DNA from: a virus
Lineage: Duplodnaviria > Heunggongvirae > Uroviricota > Caudoviricetes
Direction: 5' to 3' (one strand)
Virus record (IMG/VR): IMGVR_UViG_3300031088_000799
DNA: 64,000 nucleotides
Below the pieces are notes generated by a model. It was given only the letters and a program-made list of their open reading frames with translations, had not been told where the DNA came from and made no database searches. A program made the position numbers and the translations under genes. The stretch's first letter is position 1. Each line of letters starts with the position of its first letter. Positions 50,336 to 60,679 of this stretch are shown here, one piece after another.

Positions 50336-52210
50336 TTAGGCTGAAATGTATTTTGCAATAAATTCAGCTTCGGTCAAGATTTCAATGTCAATACCTTTCG
50401 CTTTCAAGGCTTGAGCATCAGCGAGTTTACTGCCAGCACTTTCACCATAGACAAGGATTTGGGTGGTTTTACTCGCTTTACTTTGAATTTTAGCACCTTT
50501 TGAAGTAAAGAATGCTTCAATTTCTTTTCGAGAGTAACTAACCATTGTGCCAGTTACAACCACGTTCTTACCTGAGAACGGACTATCCGTATCTACAACT
50601 ATTTGTGACGACAATTCAAGGTTGAACAAAGGACGCATTGTGTTAATCAAATCCAGCTTCTCACGAATACCAGCAGGAATGAGAACGCTGTTAACTTTGC
50701 CATAACCCTTCATAGCAATCAATTTGTCAGCTTCCACTTCATGCAAGGCATCAATATTGAAAACTTTAAGCAACTTTTTAGAGTCGCCTTTACCAAGGCT
50801 TTCGATACCAAATGCGGCAAGGAAACGCCAATCTTCAATTTGGCTTGACTTACTGAGTTCAAGAGCAGCGACCAAATTAGGACTTTCACCTTTACCAAAA
50901 CCAGCATTCAAGAAATCTTGCTCTTTCATTGCGTAAATTTTTTCCAAAGAGTCAAATCCCGCTTCAACCAACTTAGTAATTGTTTTACCACCAAAACCAT
51001 CATTGTTAGCCAATGTTGCAAAGAAGTGCAACAAAGTCTGAACTACTTGCTCTGAACAACCACTATGGTTTGGGCAGAACAGGAAATGACTGTCCCATTT
51101 CAATTCAGTTGCACAGCAAGGGCAATGAGTCGGAACGACATATTCTGCTGGTGTAATCACTTTTTCAATTTTTGGAATAACTTCACCACTACGGATAATT
51201 TCAATAACTGCACCCGGACCAATTTTGTTAGTTCGAACGTTATTCATATGGTGAGCAGTCACATTACTAATCGTTGCACCCGAGACAAGCACTGGCGAAA
51301 GAGCCAACACAGGCGTTACAGTACCAGTTCGACCAACTTGAAGTTTAACATCAAGCACGGTAGTTTGTGCAGTTTCACCACGTTCTTTAAATGCACACTG
51401 CCATTTGTTATGATGGTTATTATAACCCATGTATTCTTTGATTTCTGGAACAACAGACTCAATTACAAACCCATCAATCAGATAAGGAATTTTCGAACGC
51501 AAATCATTGTTGATTTGTTCAAGGTTATCAAGAATGTCAATTGCTGTGCCGACATAAGCTTCCAAAGTGGTATAAGGCACAAAGTGAATAGCACCGTCAT
51601 CCAAAGCCTTCTGAGTTTCAGCACGAGTGTCTTCCTGAGACAATACGCTACTCATCATGTTACGCGGATGCGGGAAAATAGCCGCAAGATTTTCTGAGAA
51701 ATAATCCTTTTCAACTACAAGTTCACCACGACCTACTGCATTATCCTTACGAATAACACCTTTGTCGAAAATGTAAGTAATGTCGTTACCACGCAGACCA
51801 TCACCACGAGTAGCCAGCTTATCAAATTCATAAGAACCTGCAAAACCATCAAGTTTACAAGTTACTTTGTATTTTGCTTGAATATGAAGATCGTGTGCAA
51901 CATCTTCTACACGCTTAAACCATTTAGCCAATTTTTCTTTGGTATAGAATTTTTCAGTAGACAGCATAGGCGAAGAGTGAGAGATAGCGTTTTCACCAAC
52001 TTCTTCTTTATCAATGTCTTCAAACCAACCTGATTCTGGAAACTTCTCACGGAAATCTTCAACAATGGCATCATAACTTTCGTCTTCAATAGGATCTAGA
52101 CCAAATACTTCTGTTTTAGGAAGGGATTTTACATAGCATTTACTGTAGTCATCAAGCAGTGCAATAAATTCTGCTTCGGTTACTGGGTATTTTACGTCAT
52201 TGATATTCAT
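50336..52210 (-). CDS. ligA: NAD-dependent DNA ligase
   Basis: Adenylation motif KLDG. Cys4 zinc finger CPCC...CPNHSGC. HhH region. C-terminal BRCT (GKNVVVTGTM..RKEIEAFF). A TGnTATAAT extended -10 and a GGAG SD lie upstream. Confidence 0.9.
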   Translation of the reverse strand: MNINDVKYPVTEAEFIALLDDYSKCYVKSLPKTEVFGLDPIEDESYDAIVEDFREKFPESGWFEDIDKEEVGENAISHSSPMLSTEKFYTKEKLAKWFKRVEDVAHDLHIQAKYKVTCKLDGFAGSYEFDKLATRGDGLRGNDITYIFDKGVIRKDNAVGRGELVVEKDYFSENLAAIFPHPRNMMSSVLSQEDTRAETQKALDDGAIHFVPYTTLEAYVGTAIDILDNLEQINNDLRSKIPYLIDGFVIESVVPEIKEYMGYNNHHNKWQCAFKERGETAQTTVLDVKLQVGRTGTVTPVLALSPVLVSGATISNVTAHHMNNVRTNKIGPGAVIEIIRSGEVIPKIEKVITPAEYVVPTHCPCCATELKWDSHFLFCPNHSGCSEQVVQTLLHFFATLANNDGFGGKTITKLVEAGFDSLEKIYAMKEQDFLNAGFGKGESPNLVAALELSKSSQIEDWRFLAAFGIESLGKGDSKKLLKVFNIDALHEVEADKLIAMKGYGKVNSVLIPAGIREKLDLINTMRPLFNLELSSQIVVDTDSPFSGKNVVVTGTMVSYSRKEIEAFFTSKGAKIQSKASKTTQILVYGESAGSKLADAQALKAKGIDIEILTEAEFIAKYISA

Positions 52211-52294
52211 GTATTAAGCTCCGTTTGATTTCATATATTATACCATTTACCATTGTCTAAATCAAGCAAATTAAGGCTTCACGACAATTTTTTA

Positions 52295-53104
52295 TTAAAT
52301 TTTTGTCATGTCAAAAAGCATATTAATATTGGATACATCAAATTGATCGAAAGTAATGGGGCTACCAGTATACGCTTCATATTGAGCTTTGTAATTGATA
52401 TTAAATAATTCACGTTTCAGAGAATAAGTCATATCATCAATAAATTGTTCAAAACTTTCACAGTTGCGTGATGATTTAAATAATTGTTGAGTTCGATTTC
52501 TATTCCCTAATTGAAGAATCTTAATTTGGTAATAAAAATTGTTTTGCATTTTTCGGACATCAATAACTAGCTCCTGCTGGACTTTATCATCCCAACCATT
52601 TGTTACAAATTTAGTAGGAATATGGAAGGTGTTTTGAATACCTGCAAAACTTTCATTGAATACAATATCATAAGATAACGAAACAGGAATCGTAACATCA
52701 CGATGACCTTTTTCATAAAATTCATGAATTTCAGCAGGAACCGTCATACAAGGAGTTTGTTTAGAGTACCAAAATGATGACAACTTATCACTCATGCGTT
52801 CTGGTGTTTTAAACCGACTTTCAAATCCACTGCCAGAAGTCAACAATCTATAATCAAACATAATGGAAAATAGGTTTGAACAAATTTCAAACATCTCACG
52901 CTGAGTAAAGGTGTCATCATGATCAATGGCATTAAGTAATGTCACATAGCTTCCATTAAAAAACACCTGATTGCCTTTTTGCTCTTTATCTAGCATAAAA
53001 ACAAATACTCCATCCTTTTCAATAAAATATGGTTTTAAAGAAGATAGAAAATCAGATGGAAGATTAGTGCCTTTTTTATAATGTTTTTCAATGAGTGTAA
53101 TCAT
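52295..53104 (-). CDS. Ct-motif paralog family member (...SNINMLFDMTKI)
   Basis: 269 aa. Confidence 0.55.
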   Translation of the reverse strand: MITLIEKHYKKGTNLPSDFLSSLKPYFIEKDGVFVFMLDKEQKGNQVFFNGSYVTLLNAIDHDDTFTQREMFEICSNLFSIMFDYRLLTSGSGFESRFKTPERMSDKLSSFWYSKQTPCMTVPAEIHEFYEKGHRDVTIPVSLSYDIVFNESFAGIQNTFHIPTKFVTNGWDDKVQQELVIDVRKMQNNFYYQIKILQLGNRNRTQQLFKSSRNCESFEQFIDDMTYSLKRELFNINYKAQYEAYTGSPITFDQFDVSNINMLFDMTKI

Positions 53105-53215
53105 ATAAATTGACCTCTAAATTTTTCAAATAGTATAGCAAAAATTACAAAAAAAGTCACCCTTTTCTGGATGACTTTTACAATGTTAACAAATTAACAT
53201 ATCAAATTATTCTAA

Positions 53216-54484
53216 TTAAAGACAATTTCTCGCCAGTAGCTTAGCCTCAATTTGTTGCAAATCGTTATCAGTGACTTCACAAACATCCAATTTTTTACGA
53301 TATTTAGATACAAATGTAAAAGATTTCACAACCAAATCTAGCCATTCAGGCTCAATATCACCTTGTTCTGGAATTGTATTCATCGGACTTTTAAAATGAT
53401 AATCAGTGATATAACCATAATTCTTGCCACCATGAACCATTGGGCTGTTTCTTTTTTTAATGCTTAACATATCATCTGTAAATTCAATATAATACCGACC
53501 ATGCTCATTTTTCTTCCATTTTGCCTTACTTGTCCACAAGCCATAAGTATATACTAAATTAATATTGTCACTAAACATATAATCCATAACAGAAGTTAAA
53601 CTGGTGACATCATAAGGAACTTGGGTTTGAATAGAGTATTCATCAGCCAAAGTTGATGCCACAAAACAAGATGTCAAAACAACATGTGGGTTTTCATTTT
53701 TAATAACAACACTATTTTCAATTACGGCACAAGGCTCTGTATTCTCAATATAATGTTGAACAATTTTTGGATAACGACCAATAATAATAGTATCATGCGG
53801 AAATTTTTTATCATCGACGTTCTCTTCAAGTTCTTCAAAAATGCGAATATTCCCCGTTTCTAGGTCACGCTCATATAGAATAAAAGTAGTCACACAAGCG
53901 GAATCACTTGTATAGGCAACAACTTCTTTGTTTTCAAATACATATTTATTAAAATGGTCACTACCCAGTGTGAGCTTACGCTTAAAGTGAGTAGCTGCTT
54001 CAAAAACAACATTAACGTCACTTTTAAAACCAAAATCATAAAGAGCCATATCTTGTTCAAAATAATGATATTTATCATCAAAATGATTAAGATTGAGATC
54101 TACCATCATTTGTTTTAAATGTTTTATAGAAGAAATATGAAAACCATATGACGACATTAACTTAAATTCACCATCTTTTTTAAATTTTTCTAGAGCAGAA
54201 GGACTGGCAATCAACGTGCTCATAATATGTTCACGATACATATCTTGTTTTTCAACTTTATCTTTTTGAATGCGATAAATAGTTAACATATCATCTAATT
54301 TAAAAATGTACTGAAATCCATTATAAGGATTCTGTGTAATAAGTGTAGTTTCTGTTTTATTATTATAATTCTTAATTTGTGATAGTTTTTTCATATCTCC
54401 ATTTTTGAGTGCAGTCAAAAACATATCTTCCATAACCATCACAACCGCACCAGAAAAAGTAGGTAGTTCAATTTCACGCATCAT
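53216..54484 (-). CDS. hypothetical protein (422 aa)
   Basis: Long ORF, no recognised domain. Confidence 0.5.
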   Translation of the reverse strand: MMREIELPTFSGAVVMVMEDMFLTALKNGDMKKLSQIKNYNNKTETTLITQNPYNGFQYIFKLDDMLTIYRIQKDKVEKQDMYREHIMSTLIASPSALEKFKKDGEFKLMSSYGFHISSIKHLKQMMVDLNLNHFDDKYHYFEQDMALYDFGFKSDVNVVFEAATHFKRKLTLGSDHFNKYVFENKEVVAYTSDSACVTTFILYERDLETGNIRIFEELEENVDDKKFPHDTIIIGRYPKIVQHYIENTEPCAVIENSVVIKNENPHVVLTSCFVASTLADEYSIQTQVPYDVTSLTSVMDYMFSDNINLVYTYGLWTSKAKWKKNEHGRYYIEFTDDMLSIKKRNSPMVHGGKNYGYITDYHFKSPMNTIPEQGDIEPEWLDLVVKSFTFVSKYRKKLDVCEVTDNDLQQIEAKLLARNCL

Positions 54485-54499
54485 AAATGAATCCTCTTG

Positions 54500-55081
54500 T
54501 TAAGCCTTAGCTTGTTGAATAAGAAAAGCAATCATTTTAGCTTCTGGATCTTTACTTTTTTTCAAGTATGTCGCACAAAGATCGAGCAACGCTTCATTAC
54601 TCAGCACTGATGTAGCATTATGAAGTTCACTCCGAATAACAAATTCGTAAAGAGCAATTTCAGCCAGATCCGCCGCTTCTTTATCCCCTGCATTGTAAGC
54701 TGACGCAATATTTGAAACCATCATTTGAAATGTGTCAAAATTCAAAGTATTAAAATTAAAATTTTTCTTACCATTAAAATCAAGACCAACAAATTCAAGT
54801 ACACTGGCTGGAACCATCAATTTAACATCAAGATCTAAACGTTCAATCAGAGCTTTAACAGACTTAAGGTCACCATTTGAAAGTGCCACAGCAACTTCAA
54901 CTAATTTGAGTTTAATACTATCAGCTAAAGCAATATCATCAGCACCCAAATCATTAGCGGTAAAAAATTGAAGTAATGATTTTCTGGCTTCGAAATATTG
55001 TTTATCTTTAACAATCTCCGCACTGAGGGTAGTAATGACACGATTAAGATCATTGCTGGCTCGTTTAAATAGGTAAATCAT
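54500..55081 (-). CDS. hypothetical protein (193 aa, Ala/Leu-rich helical)
   Basis: ORF with a short intergenic gap to its neighbours. Confidence 0.5.
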   Translation of the reverse strand: MIYLFKRASNDLNRVITTLSAEIVKDKQYFEARKSLLQFFTANDLGADDIALADSIKLKLVEVAVALSNGDLKSVKALIERLDLDVKLMVPASVLEFVGLDFNGKKNFNFNTLNFDTFQMMVSNIASAYNAGDKEAADLAEIALYEFVIRSELHNATSVLSNEALLDLCATYLKKSKDPEAKMIAFLIQQAKA

Positions 55082-55108
55082 TTTAGCTCTCCGTAAAGTA
55101 GATGCGTA

Positions 55109-55543
55109 TTATACCACATCATTACTGTTTTTGCTTCTTTTTAATGTTAAAATAAATCTTTTTTTATCTGTTTTTGCAACATTTTGAATAGAATCAAAGC
55201 TTAATAATGTCTTGAATACACAATATTGCTGATAATTGATACGATAATTTAATGTATAATCCAATGCCAAAGGTTCAGCAAATGAAAAGAATTTATTAAC
55301 ATCATTGGCAAAACTCTCAATTTCGAATAAGCTATTAATGTTTTTAATGGTCAGAGTTCCAAGATATTGTACTGTCAATACATGACCAATATTGTCCATA
55401 AAAATAGAAACATCGTCGGTTTCATTGTAATTGTTGTTCAACGCCTTAATCACGGAGGCCAGATAGTCATTAGGATATCCATCTTGCTCACATTGCAGTC
55501 TGTATTTAATCAATTGAACCCATGCTGGTGTTGTATTTTTCAT
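55109..55543 (-). CDS. hypothetical protein (144 aa)
   Basis: ORF in the same co-directional unit. Confidence 0.45.
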   Translation of the reverse strand: MKNTTPAWVQLIKYRLQCEQDGYPNDYLASVIKALNNNYNETDDVSIFMDNIGHVLTVQYLGTLTIKNINSLFEIESFANDVNKFFSFAEPLALDYTLNYRINYQQYCVFKTLLSFDSIQNVAKTDKKRFILTLKRSKNSNDVV

Positions 55544-55665
55544 TTTTCTACCTCTACTTTACACACTACAACAAAAATATTAACAAAAAAATATAAAAAT
55601 CGCAATATCTTTTTTGCGAATAAGTGATATAATAAGAATTATCCAACAGAAAAGGTTTTTAAAAT

Positions 55666-56112
55666 ATGAGCACAATTGATGACGTAAAAGTAAAAATTGA
55701 AAGCAACGAAGCACTGGACAAAGCACTCAGCGATTCATTTAGTGGAGTGTTTTCTTGCACCAGAGTGTTGTCAGCATGGGGTTACAATACCATGACACCT
55801 GATGACTTTGCACCATTCGAAAAAGGTGACGAAGCGTTCGATGAATTTTCTAAAAATATAAAGAAATCGTTAACAACAGAAAAAGTTGATAATATGGATA
55901 AGCTTTATAGTATAATTGAAAAACATTTAGAAGCGTATGAGTTGTTCTATAACCCAAACATTGACAGTGAGTTTTATCCAGACGCATTTAGAGAAGACTT
56001 TATTGGTGAACTCGATTTTGATAAAGTCTTGCCAGCGATGAAAAAATATCAAGAAATTAATCTTCCAACAGTTGATGTGCCAAAAGTAAAAATAGCAAAA
56101 AATAAAATGTAA
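55666..56112 (+). CDS. hypothetical acidic protein (148 aa)
   Basis: ORF with an upstream AT-rich promoter region. Confidence 0.45.
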   Translation: MSTIDDVKVKIESNEALDKALSDSFSGVFSCTRVLSAWGYNTMTPDDFAPFEKGDEAFDEFSKNIKKSLTTEKVDNMDKLYSIIEKHLEAYELFYNPNIDSEFYPDAFREDFIGELDFDKVLPAMKKYQEINLPTVDVPKVKIAKNKM

Positions 56113-56158
56113 TATGGTAAGTTATTAAAAGAACTACATCAGGAGATGTGGTTTTTTA

Positions 56159-56905
56159 TTAGATATAAGTCATAGCTATAATAGCTTGTTCTCGTTTATT
56201 AAACATTTTATATGTTTGCAGAAACTGCGTATAATCTGTACCTAATAACTTTGAACTGCTAAAGGAACAATCAGTGATAATATCAGAAAGGCTTAATGTT
56301 GAATTTGTCCTTGATCTGGGCCGCAAATAAGTGACATCATAAATACTTATATTTTCCAAAACAAGGCCATCATCATTTACTCTTTTAATAGGTCTTTCAG
56401 TAATCGCGTAAATACAACCATTGATACATTTTTGATACTTTCGACCATCATCAAATCTATAAGTAATTGTTGCAATTTGGAGATTTTTTTTATCTATATC
56501 ATAATCAATAGCAATCAATTTCAAACTCTTTAAAATTATTTTTTGAGAAAAAACAACTCTGACTGGAATACCACTGGTGTTATAAGTAATACGAAATCCT
56601 TCTTTATAAATTTCATTTTCATTAAACACGATTTCCTGAAAAATATAATAATTTTGAAAAAGACCATCAACAATAGGAAAGCTTAAATATAATATACATC
56701 CTTGGTTATTAGTATAAGTTAAGGAATCATCTGAAATTTTTTCAAAACCAATAGATTTAAATAATAGAATTAACTCATTACTATCTAAATGAAACTCTAT
56801 TAAATTTGAAGATTGTTTTATCATTTTAGGTAAAATTAAAATGTAATCCTGCATATTATTTTTATTAATAATATGTCTTTCTATGGAATGAAAATCAATT
56901 CTCAT
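56159..56905 (-). CDS. Ct-motif paralog family member (...NKREQAIIAMTYI); intact homolog of the IS-disrupted gene
   Basis: 248 aa. Its C-terminal region aligns with both halves of the split gene at 57858-58012 / 60680-61297. Confidence 0.55.
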   Translation of the reverse strand: MRIDFHSIERHIINKNNMQDYILILPKMIKQSSNLIEFHLDSNELILLFKSIGFEKISDDSLTYTNNQGCILYLSFPIVDGLFQNYYIFQEIVFNENEIYKEGFRITYNTSGIPVRVVFSQKIILKSLKLIAIDYDIDKKNLQIATITYRFDDGRKYQKCINGCIYAITERPIKRVNDDGLVLENISIYDVTYLRPRSRTNSTLSLSDIITDCSFSSSKLLGTDYTQFLQTYKMFNKREQAIIAMTYI

Positions 56906-57022
56906 TGTTATAACCTCATCTAAAAATTGCTTAAATTATAACATAATCAAGAAATAAAAACAATTTTAATATTGATATCTTCTTTAAATTTGGTATCATA
57001 GGACCATCAAAAGGATACAGCC

Positions 57023-57856
57023 ATGCTAAAGAAAAATTTAAACATGCGAAAAGTAAAATTAGCTGACGTTTTTAGTCAGTTCGGCTGTAAATTAATAGCT
57101 AATCAATATCTCAGAAAGAAAAATAAAATATGGTTAGATTTTGATAATTATGGGTTTCATTATTATGTTAACTATCAAGCTAGCATAGACAATGGAATTA
57201 AATTTACTATCCAGAAAAGAATAGGTAAAAGATATATTGATCATATCAATATATTTTCATCAATAACAGAAATCATGGAAAGTTACTATCAATCATTTAA
57301 AACTGATTGCCAAACACTAACAGAGTATCATACAAGTGAATTGAACTATTTAGGAAAAGTAGGATTTATTAATAGTTTTATATACAAAGATAAAAAAGAT
57401 AAAATCAAATATCATGAAGATAAATTACAAACACTTCTTAATTTACAAGAAGAAATAGAAAAATATCGCAAATTACCTGATGAGAAGAAAATACCATACT
57501 ATTCTTTACCAGAAGTATCACTAAGAAAATGGGATACAATGGTTGTCATTGATATTAGAGATATAAACAATATAAAAATAGAACAAGTTATGGTTAACAA
57601 GTTAATTCCATTTATTGATAAAAAAAATCAAATAAGTCTTAAAATAGATATAACTTCTTTTGATTTAGATAAACTTGAAATGATAAATGTAGCTTTCACT
57701 GATAATCATGCTGAAATAGAGTCAGGGTATCATGTTTTTCTATGCAGGGAGAAAGCATATGATTTTGCTATTGAAGAGTTAATGAAGACTCAATATAAAG
57801 ATAAAATTAAAATGAGAGTTAAGGTTGCAAAAAAAATAGACAGTATTTTTGGTTAA
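57023..57856 (+). CDS. hypothetical protein (277 aa, Lys-rich)
   Basis: ORF on the plus strand. Confidence 0.45.
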   Translation: MLKKNLNMRKVKLADVFSQFGCKLIANQYLRKKNKIWLDFDNYGFHYYVNYQASIDNGIKFTIQKRIGKRYIDHINIFSSITEIMESYYQSFKTDCQTLTEYHTSELNYLGKVGFINSFIYKDKKDKIKYHEDKLQTLLNLQEEIEKYRKLPDEKKIPYYSLPEVSLRKWDTMVVIDIRDINNIKIEQVMVNKLIPFIDKKNQISLKIDITSFDLDKLEMINVAFTDNHAEIESGYHVFLCREKAYDFAIEELMKTQYKDKIKMRVKVAKKIDSIFG

Positions 57857-57857
57857 G

Positions 57858-58012
57858 CATACGTCATTTCAATAATTTTTAATTCATCTTCGTTAAAAAT
57901 ATTCCTTATATCAAGTAAATTGTTAACATCAATGTTGATCAATTTATCAACATTAAATTGACAGGATGTTACTATTTCTGATAAACAAATAACATGATGA
58001 AATGAATTATTT
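57858..58012 (-). pseudogene. 3' fragment of a Ct-motif family gene (...KPKNNSFHHVICLSEIVTSCQFNVDKLINIDVNNLLDIRNIFNEDELKIIEMTYA), separated from its 5' part by the IS insertion
   Basis: No start codon. Aligns with the C-terminus of 56159-56905 and abuts the IS left end. Confidence 0.55.
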
Positions 58013-58094
58013 TTGGGTTTTTAACTGCGTCTCATTTTCTTGATCAAATCTGATCATTTATGTTAAAATAGAGGTATTAACCTCTATTTTTTAT

Positions 58095-58669
58095 ATGATT
58101 AAATCTCTTTCTATTGGTAAATCTGCTTCTTTTCTTGGCCTTTCTGTTGTTACCCTTCGTCGTTGGGAACGACTTGGTAAAATTAGTTCTTTTCGAACCC
58201 TTGGCAATCATCGAAGATTCTTCTTCGATGACTTGCTTAAACTTCACAATTCTAACAAATTGCATGTTGGTTATGCTAGAGTTTCTTCTCACGATCAAAA
58301 AAAAACTTAGAAACCCAAATCAAATTTTTAGATAAATATATTCAAAATGACAATAAGATTGTCATTTCTGATCTTGGCAGTGGATTAAATTTTAATAAAA
58401 AAGGTTTAATTTTTCTTCTTTCTTTAATTGTTTCTCGTAAAATTTATACCCTTTATCTCACTCACAAAGAACGTTTATTAAGATTTGGCTCGGATCTAAT
58501 CTTTAAATTATGCTCAACATTTGGCACAAATGTTGTCATAATTAACAGTTCTGAATCTAAATCTTTTGAAGTGACTTTAGCAGAAGATGTTATTGAGCTT
58601 ATGACTGTCTTTTCGGCTAAACTTTATGGTAAACGTTCTCATAAGAATAAAAAATCAATAACTACTTGA
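58095..58669 (+). pseudogene. tnpA: IS607-type serine recombinase (MerR-like HTH + resolvase catalytic domain), interrupted by a -1 frameshift at an A9 tract (58296-58304)
   Basis: Frame 1 ends ...VGYARVSSHDQKKT*. The frame continues as NLETQIKFLDKYI...KLYGKRSHKNKK if one A is added. Confidence 0.6.
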
Positions 58670-58722
58670 CTTTTAATAGTTTTTTATTTATTATTGTGGC
58701 ATTATTGAGTATTTATTTATCC

Positions 58723-60651
58723 ATGAAAAAGAAATCCAACATCAAAGAGTTGTTTGGTACTACATTAGATGATGATGTAGCATTGAACAACACCATCACT
58801 GTTCAGGCAAAGTTCAAACTTTGTCCTGAGCAGGATGTGATCTTGAACAAAATCATGGAACATCTTACTTACGCTAAACTCATGTACTTTAACTATCTCG
58901 TTTATTCAACTAAAATGAATAAATTCATGAAAGATAATGCTCTTTATATTACTAAAGAGATAAAAGTGAAAGATGAATTAACAGGTTTAACATTATCACA
59001 AAGCGTTACAACCCTTGAAACTTTTAAAGTGGCTTTTTGTCGTGTCTATGGTCTATCATCTCGCCAATTCAATTCTATTGATTTTCTCATTAAAGGTCTT
59101 ATTAAGGCTAATAAGACTTTAATGCAAGATAGATTAATAAACTTTAATGACCAACTTGATAGAAAATTAGCCAAACAGAAAAAACTTATTGGTGAGATTC
59201 ATCTTTTATCTATAAGTGATGCTTTTAAGACTAAGAAAGATACTGCTCTTTCTAGTCATAATAAAAATAAAATAGCTTTAATTAAGTTAAAAGAAGAAAT
59301 TGAAAGAAAACAAGCCGCTATTGTTCGGTTAGAACATAACATTAAAACAAACAAAGTGTCTGTTTGTTTTGGTGATCGAAAAATATTGAATCGGCTTTCT
59401 TCTTTATTCAATGATAGCAATTATGATCATGGAAAATACAAACATATCAGTAATGACGCTCGAAAAAGCTATCATACTGCATACAGAAAGCTCTGGCATG
59501 ATTCTCGGTTTAATCAATTTTTCTTATTGGGTTCAAAAGATGAAAACAATGGCAATGCTTCTTGTGTGTTTTCAAAACAGAGTGAAAGCCTTTATTCTGT
59601 TAAGATTTCAATTCCACAATGTGTTAGAGATGAACTGGGTTTATCTCAAAAGCATTTGGTGATTGACAATATTAATTTTAAACACAATGAAAAAGAAATC
59701 TTAAACAGTTTTGCTTTAAATGAACAAAGAAAACAAAAAGAAATTGAGTACACTCAAAAACTAAAAGACAAAGATCCATCATTATTTGATGATAAAGGCG
59801 AAGTTATAAGTAAAGCGACTTACTTGGAAGATGAAGGTGTTGCTATTTCATTTAGATTCATAAAAGACACTTTTGCCGATCCTAAAAGAGTTTCAAGCTC
59901 TTGGAGAATTCTTACTTCAATGGATGAAACCAAACATCAGAAAGCTATTGTGTCAAAAGCAACAGGTGTTATTGCTATTGATACTAATGTCGATCATTTT
60001 GCTGTTGCTGAACTGAATAGTCAAAGAAACCTAAAGAAAGCTTTCAACGTGCATTTTGGTTTCACTGATAGTGAACAGAATTCAAATAAAACGCTTCGCA
60101 AAGAAGCAATATTGAAATCAGCTAAAAAGATTATTAACTATGCAATAGAGACTAAAAAACCTATTGTAATCGAACGTTTAGATTTCAAAACTAAGCGAGC
60201 ATCATTAAAAGAAGAAAATACATTATTTGGTGATGCTGCCAAAAAGAAAAACCGTATACTGTCATCATTTGCATACTCATTGATGATAGAGACGATAAAG
60301 CAATTGGCCTATCGTAACGGCATAGCCGTTTACGAGGTCAATCCAGCCTTTACGTCTCAAATAGGTTGGTTAAAGTATGCAAAAAAATATGGTATATCAC
60401 GACATATGGCAGCAGCTTATGTAATCGGAAGAAGAACCTATGCCATAGAAGAATTGTTTGACCGGAATGAGCAAGTTATTGTAAAAAGCCAAATAAGAAC
60501 AATCCCTTTACTAGTAGATAGAGAAGATTGTAAAACTTATTTTGAGTACTGCAGTAAAAACTTGCGAAATTTCCTAAAAAGACAGGTTCATGAAAGCCGA
60601 GGAAAGTTGGACAGTACTCAGGTTATTAGTGGATCGGTAATAACTATTTAG
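58723..60651 (+). CDS. tnpB: TnpB/OrfB-family (IS605/IS607 accessory, RuvC-like) protein. Long variant without a CxxC zinc finger.
   Basis: N-terminal VQAKFKLCPEQDVILNKIMEHL..YAKLMYFNYLV (TnpB N-terminal motif). RuvC-I IAIDTNVDHF, RuvC-II KPIVIERLDFK. The distal motif reads RHMAAAYVIGRR. No Cys pairs near the C-terminus. Confidence 0.65.
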   Translation: MKKKSNIKELFGTTLDDDVALNNTITVQAKFKLCPEQDVILNKIMEHLTYAKLMYFNYLVYSTKMNKFMKDNALYITKEIKVKDELTGLTLSQSVTTLETFKVAFCRVYGLSSRQFNSIDFLIKGLIKANKTLMQDRLINFNDQLDRKLAKQKKLIGEIHLLSISDAFKTKKDTALSSHNKNKIALIKLKEEIERKQAAIVRLEHNIKTNKVSVCFGDRKILNRLSSLFNDSNYDHGKYKHISNDARKSYHTAYRKLWHDSRFNQFFLLGSKDENNGNASCVFSKQSESLYSVKISIPQCVRDELGLSQKHLVIDNINFKHNEKEILNSFALNEQRKQKEIEYTQKLKDKDPSLFDDKGEVISKATYLEDEGVAISFRFIKDTFADPKRVSSSWRILTSMDETKHQKAIVSKATGVIAIDTNVDHFAVAELNSQRNLKKAFNVHFGFTDSEQNSNKTLRKEAILKSAKKIINYAIETKKPIVIERLDFKTKRASLKEENTLFGDAAKKKNRILSSFAYSLMIETIKQLAYRNGIAVYEVNPAFTSQIGWLKYAKKYGISRHMAAAYVIGRRTYAIEELFDRNEQVIVKSQIRTIPLLVDREDCKTYFEYCSKNLRNFLKRQVHESRGKLDSTQVISGSVITI

Positions 60652-60679
60652 CCGTTGAATAGTTAGTGATCAGATTTGA

